A stretch of 63,330 bases of DNA, counting the filler, from Folioceros fuciformis (Eukaryota): assembly GCA_049999805.1 (NCBI GenBank). It is 5 parts of 5 records of this genome, joined end to end, with 100 filler letters (N's around TTAATTAATTAA, not from the genome) between each part and the next. Parts side by side here need not be neighbours in the genome. Positions count along the whole stretch, not along the records: positions 53,428 to 63,330 come from JBNGIO010001495.1; 4 more parts are not named here. One strand, 5' to 3'. Of the stretch, positions 61,830 to 63,330 are shown in pieces; within the stretch, counting starts at the first letter, position 1; every line of letters starts with the position of its first letter. The notes beneath the pieces were generated by a model. It had not been told where the DNA came from, searched no databases, and worked only from the letters and a program-made list of their open reading frames with translations. The translations under genes and the position numbers were made by a program.

Positions 61830-62324
61830 TCAGAGACAAGTAACATACCACAAATCCACAGCTACGGTGGATGGCTGTCGTCGGAGGCGGCAGCCAGCCC
61901 GACCTTTCGTGTTGGTAGCCCAGATTGAATTGCCAAAGTTGTCATACATGACCACATTACCATCGAGCTGGAGGATGATCAAGTGATCGTTGTCGAGGCG
62001 GCAGCACGTATTCGTGTGCCAAACAAAATGGCCGTCGCTCGGGTAAATCACAACATTGCCATCTGTCTGGAAGTCGAAGTGGCAGCCTTTGCCCTGGCCA
62101 CTTGTTCCCGACAAGCATAGAGGTCCGATGTCGATGTGGTAGTGCACCAGGTTTCAGTCCTCCTGCACCAAGAACCGGTACACCCCCGCGAGTTCCAGCT
62201 CTTCGTTCGGCCCCAGCCCGGACCCCTACTCCAGAGTGGTCCTCGCTTCTCCCACTCTCAGCATCGCGTGCATGCTGATCAGCCCTAACACCAGCAGTGC
62301 AGCGTTAATGCATCTCATCACCAT
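61830..62324 (-). pseudogene. Secreted bulb-type (GNA-related, mannose-binding) lectin gene with two in-frame stops
   Basis: Signal-peptide-like MVMRCINAALLVLGLISMHAML; three QxDxNxVxY sites (QED*NLVHY, QTDGNVVIY, QLDGNVVMY); WHTNT/WATNT. TAG at 62228-62226 and TGA at 62156-62154. Confidence 0.8.
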
Positions 62325-63330
62325 CGCCAGCCTGGAGTGATTGCCTGCTCAGTTCAGTGATATTCTTCCGTCTCGCGGTGGCCGTCCTGAATACCTTGAC
62401 ACAGTCGCTGAGCAAATGCTCTGTGAAGGAGCTGCATCTGTTATCCCAAAGGACCGATGGCTGGATCGCTGGTGCATTTCTTGCTCCAAGCAGCAGCCGA
62501 CTCGTAGGCTGCGAGGGCTCATGTCAGGGCCAGGGCGGCCGATGATCCGTTCTTCACCATCGGGTCCCATGTAAGCGCCACATGCATTCCACAACTTTGT
62601 GAAGCCAGACTCACATCCTCGCCGCGCAAGAGCTGAGATCCCCTAGCATCCGCTTCCTTTTTCTCGGAGTCCACGCTTCCCTGCCGGCCACGCGCAGCCG
62701 CATCGAACCCTCGACCTTCCCGCAGTCACAGCCACACTCCGTAACCGATGGGACACCGTAAACAACCGATCTCTCCATCTCATCATCTCCACACTTTGTT
62801 ACTTCCATAAATGCTACAGAGTTTCTCCATCCACGTGAGCGCTGTGACGAGCTCTGCAGCCCCCAGGCGGGCGTCTGATCGTCATCTTGCCACGATGCAC
62901 GCTGATGTCTCCTCTCTTCGTCAGTGGACGAGCTCAACGGATCCGCTGCCGGCGCAGCATCGTGTCAAAGAGCTGAATCTAATGGTTGGAATTCAAGGCA
63001 TGGATCGATGCAGTCCTGTTCTTGGGAAGCTTCAAGCATCCGATCTGTAGGTGGCTACCAGGAGCTGCGGCAAAAGCGGCTTCTCACTTGACATTCTGAT
63101 GCTCGAGGGTGCGGTCAAACCATGACTTGACGGCCCGTTCGAATCTGTTAGGGCGCTTCGTAAATTGGCCAGTAATATTTGTCTTGCAAACAAGTATCAC
63201 AACATAGTTAAAAATTCAATTAAAATAGTCATCCACCCAAACACTAGAGCATGAAAACAACGGACATGGAACTCTCCACTTTCTCAAGTCACAAACCTAT
63301 TGGGTTAGTGTAAACAGATGACCTTAACAA

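Noticed and set aside
62154-62228. Lectin stop codons repaired by U-to-C editing, linking to the DYW:KP gene
   Set aside because: Such editing is organellar and this is a nuclear gene. The TGA sits where Cys or Gly is expected, so editing to CGA would not restore the consensus. The two genes are also on different contigs.
62340-62600. Possible F-box remnant (IFFRLAVAVL...LSK)
   Set aside because: Similarity is marginal and not supported by downstream sequence.

Overview
Eukaryotic nuclear DNA from a seed-free land plant. A hornwort is most likely (inference from a DYW:KP PPR protein ending in DRH, the ciliary gene CEP104 and short GT-AG introns). The window is five separate contigs joined by artificial 100-bp N/TTAATTAATTAA/N linkers (17358-17457, 32755-32854, 40016-40115, 53328-53427), so adjacency across linkers means nothing. 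Contig 1: CAP (+), MAGO (-), AT-rich TE/satellite DNA, an intronless 1056-aa PLS-PPR-E1-E2-DYW:KP gene with two N-terminal OSB-type PDF ssDNA-binding motifs, and a PPR pseudogene. Contig 2: coiled-coil/RING gene and a decayed paralog, a degenerate retroelement with duplicated ORFs, another PPR pseudogene, a Cys-rich chloroplast protein gene and a partial Tat-SF1/ELF9. Contig 3: MAK16 and an intronless PICKLE/CHD3. Contig 4: partial atypical NB-ARC-LRR, WDR13, CEP104 and the start of ABC1K8. Contig 5: two decayed Copia elements and a bulb-lectin pseudogene. The standout is the PDF-PDF-PPR-DYW:KP fusion, which couples organellar ssDNA-binding motifs to a putative U-to-C RNA editing enzyme. All calls are by eye; no database searches were run.
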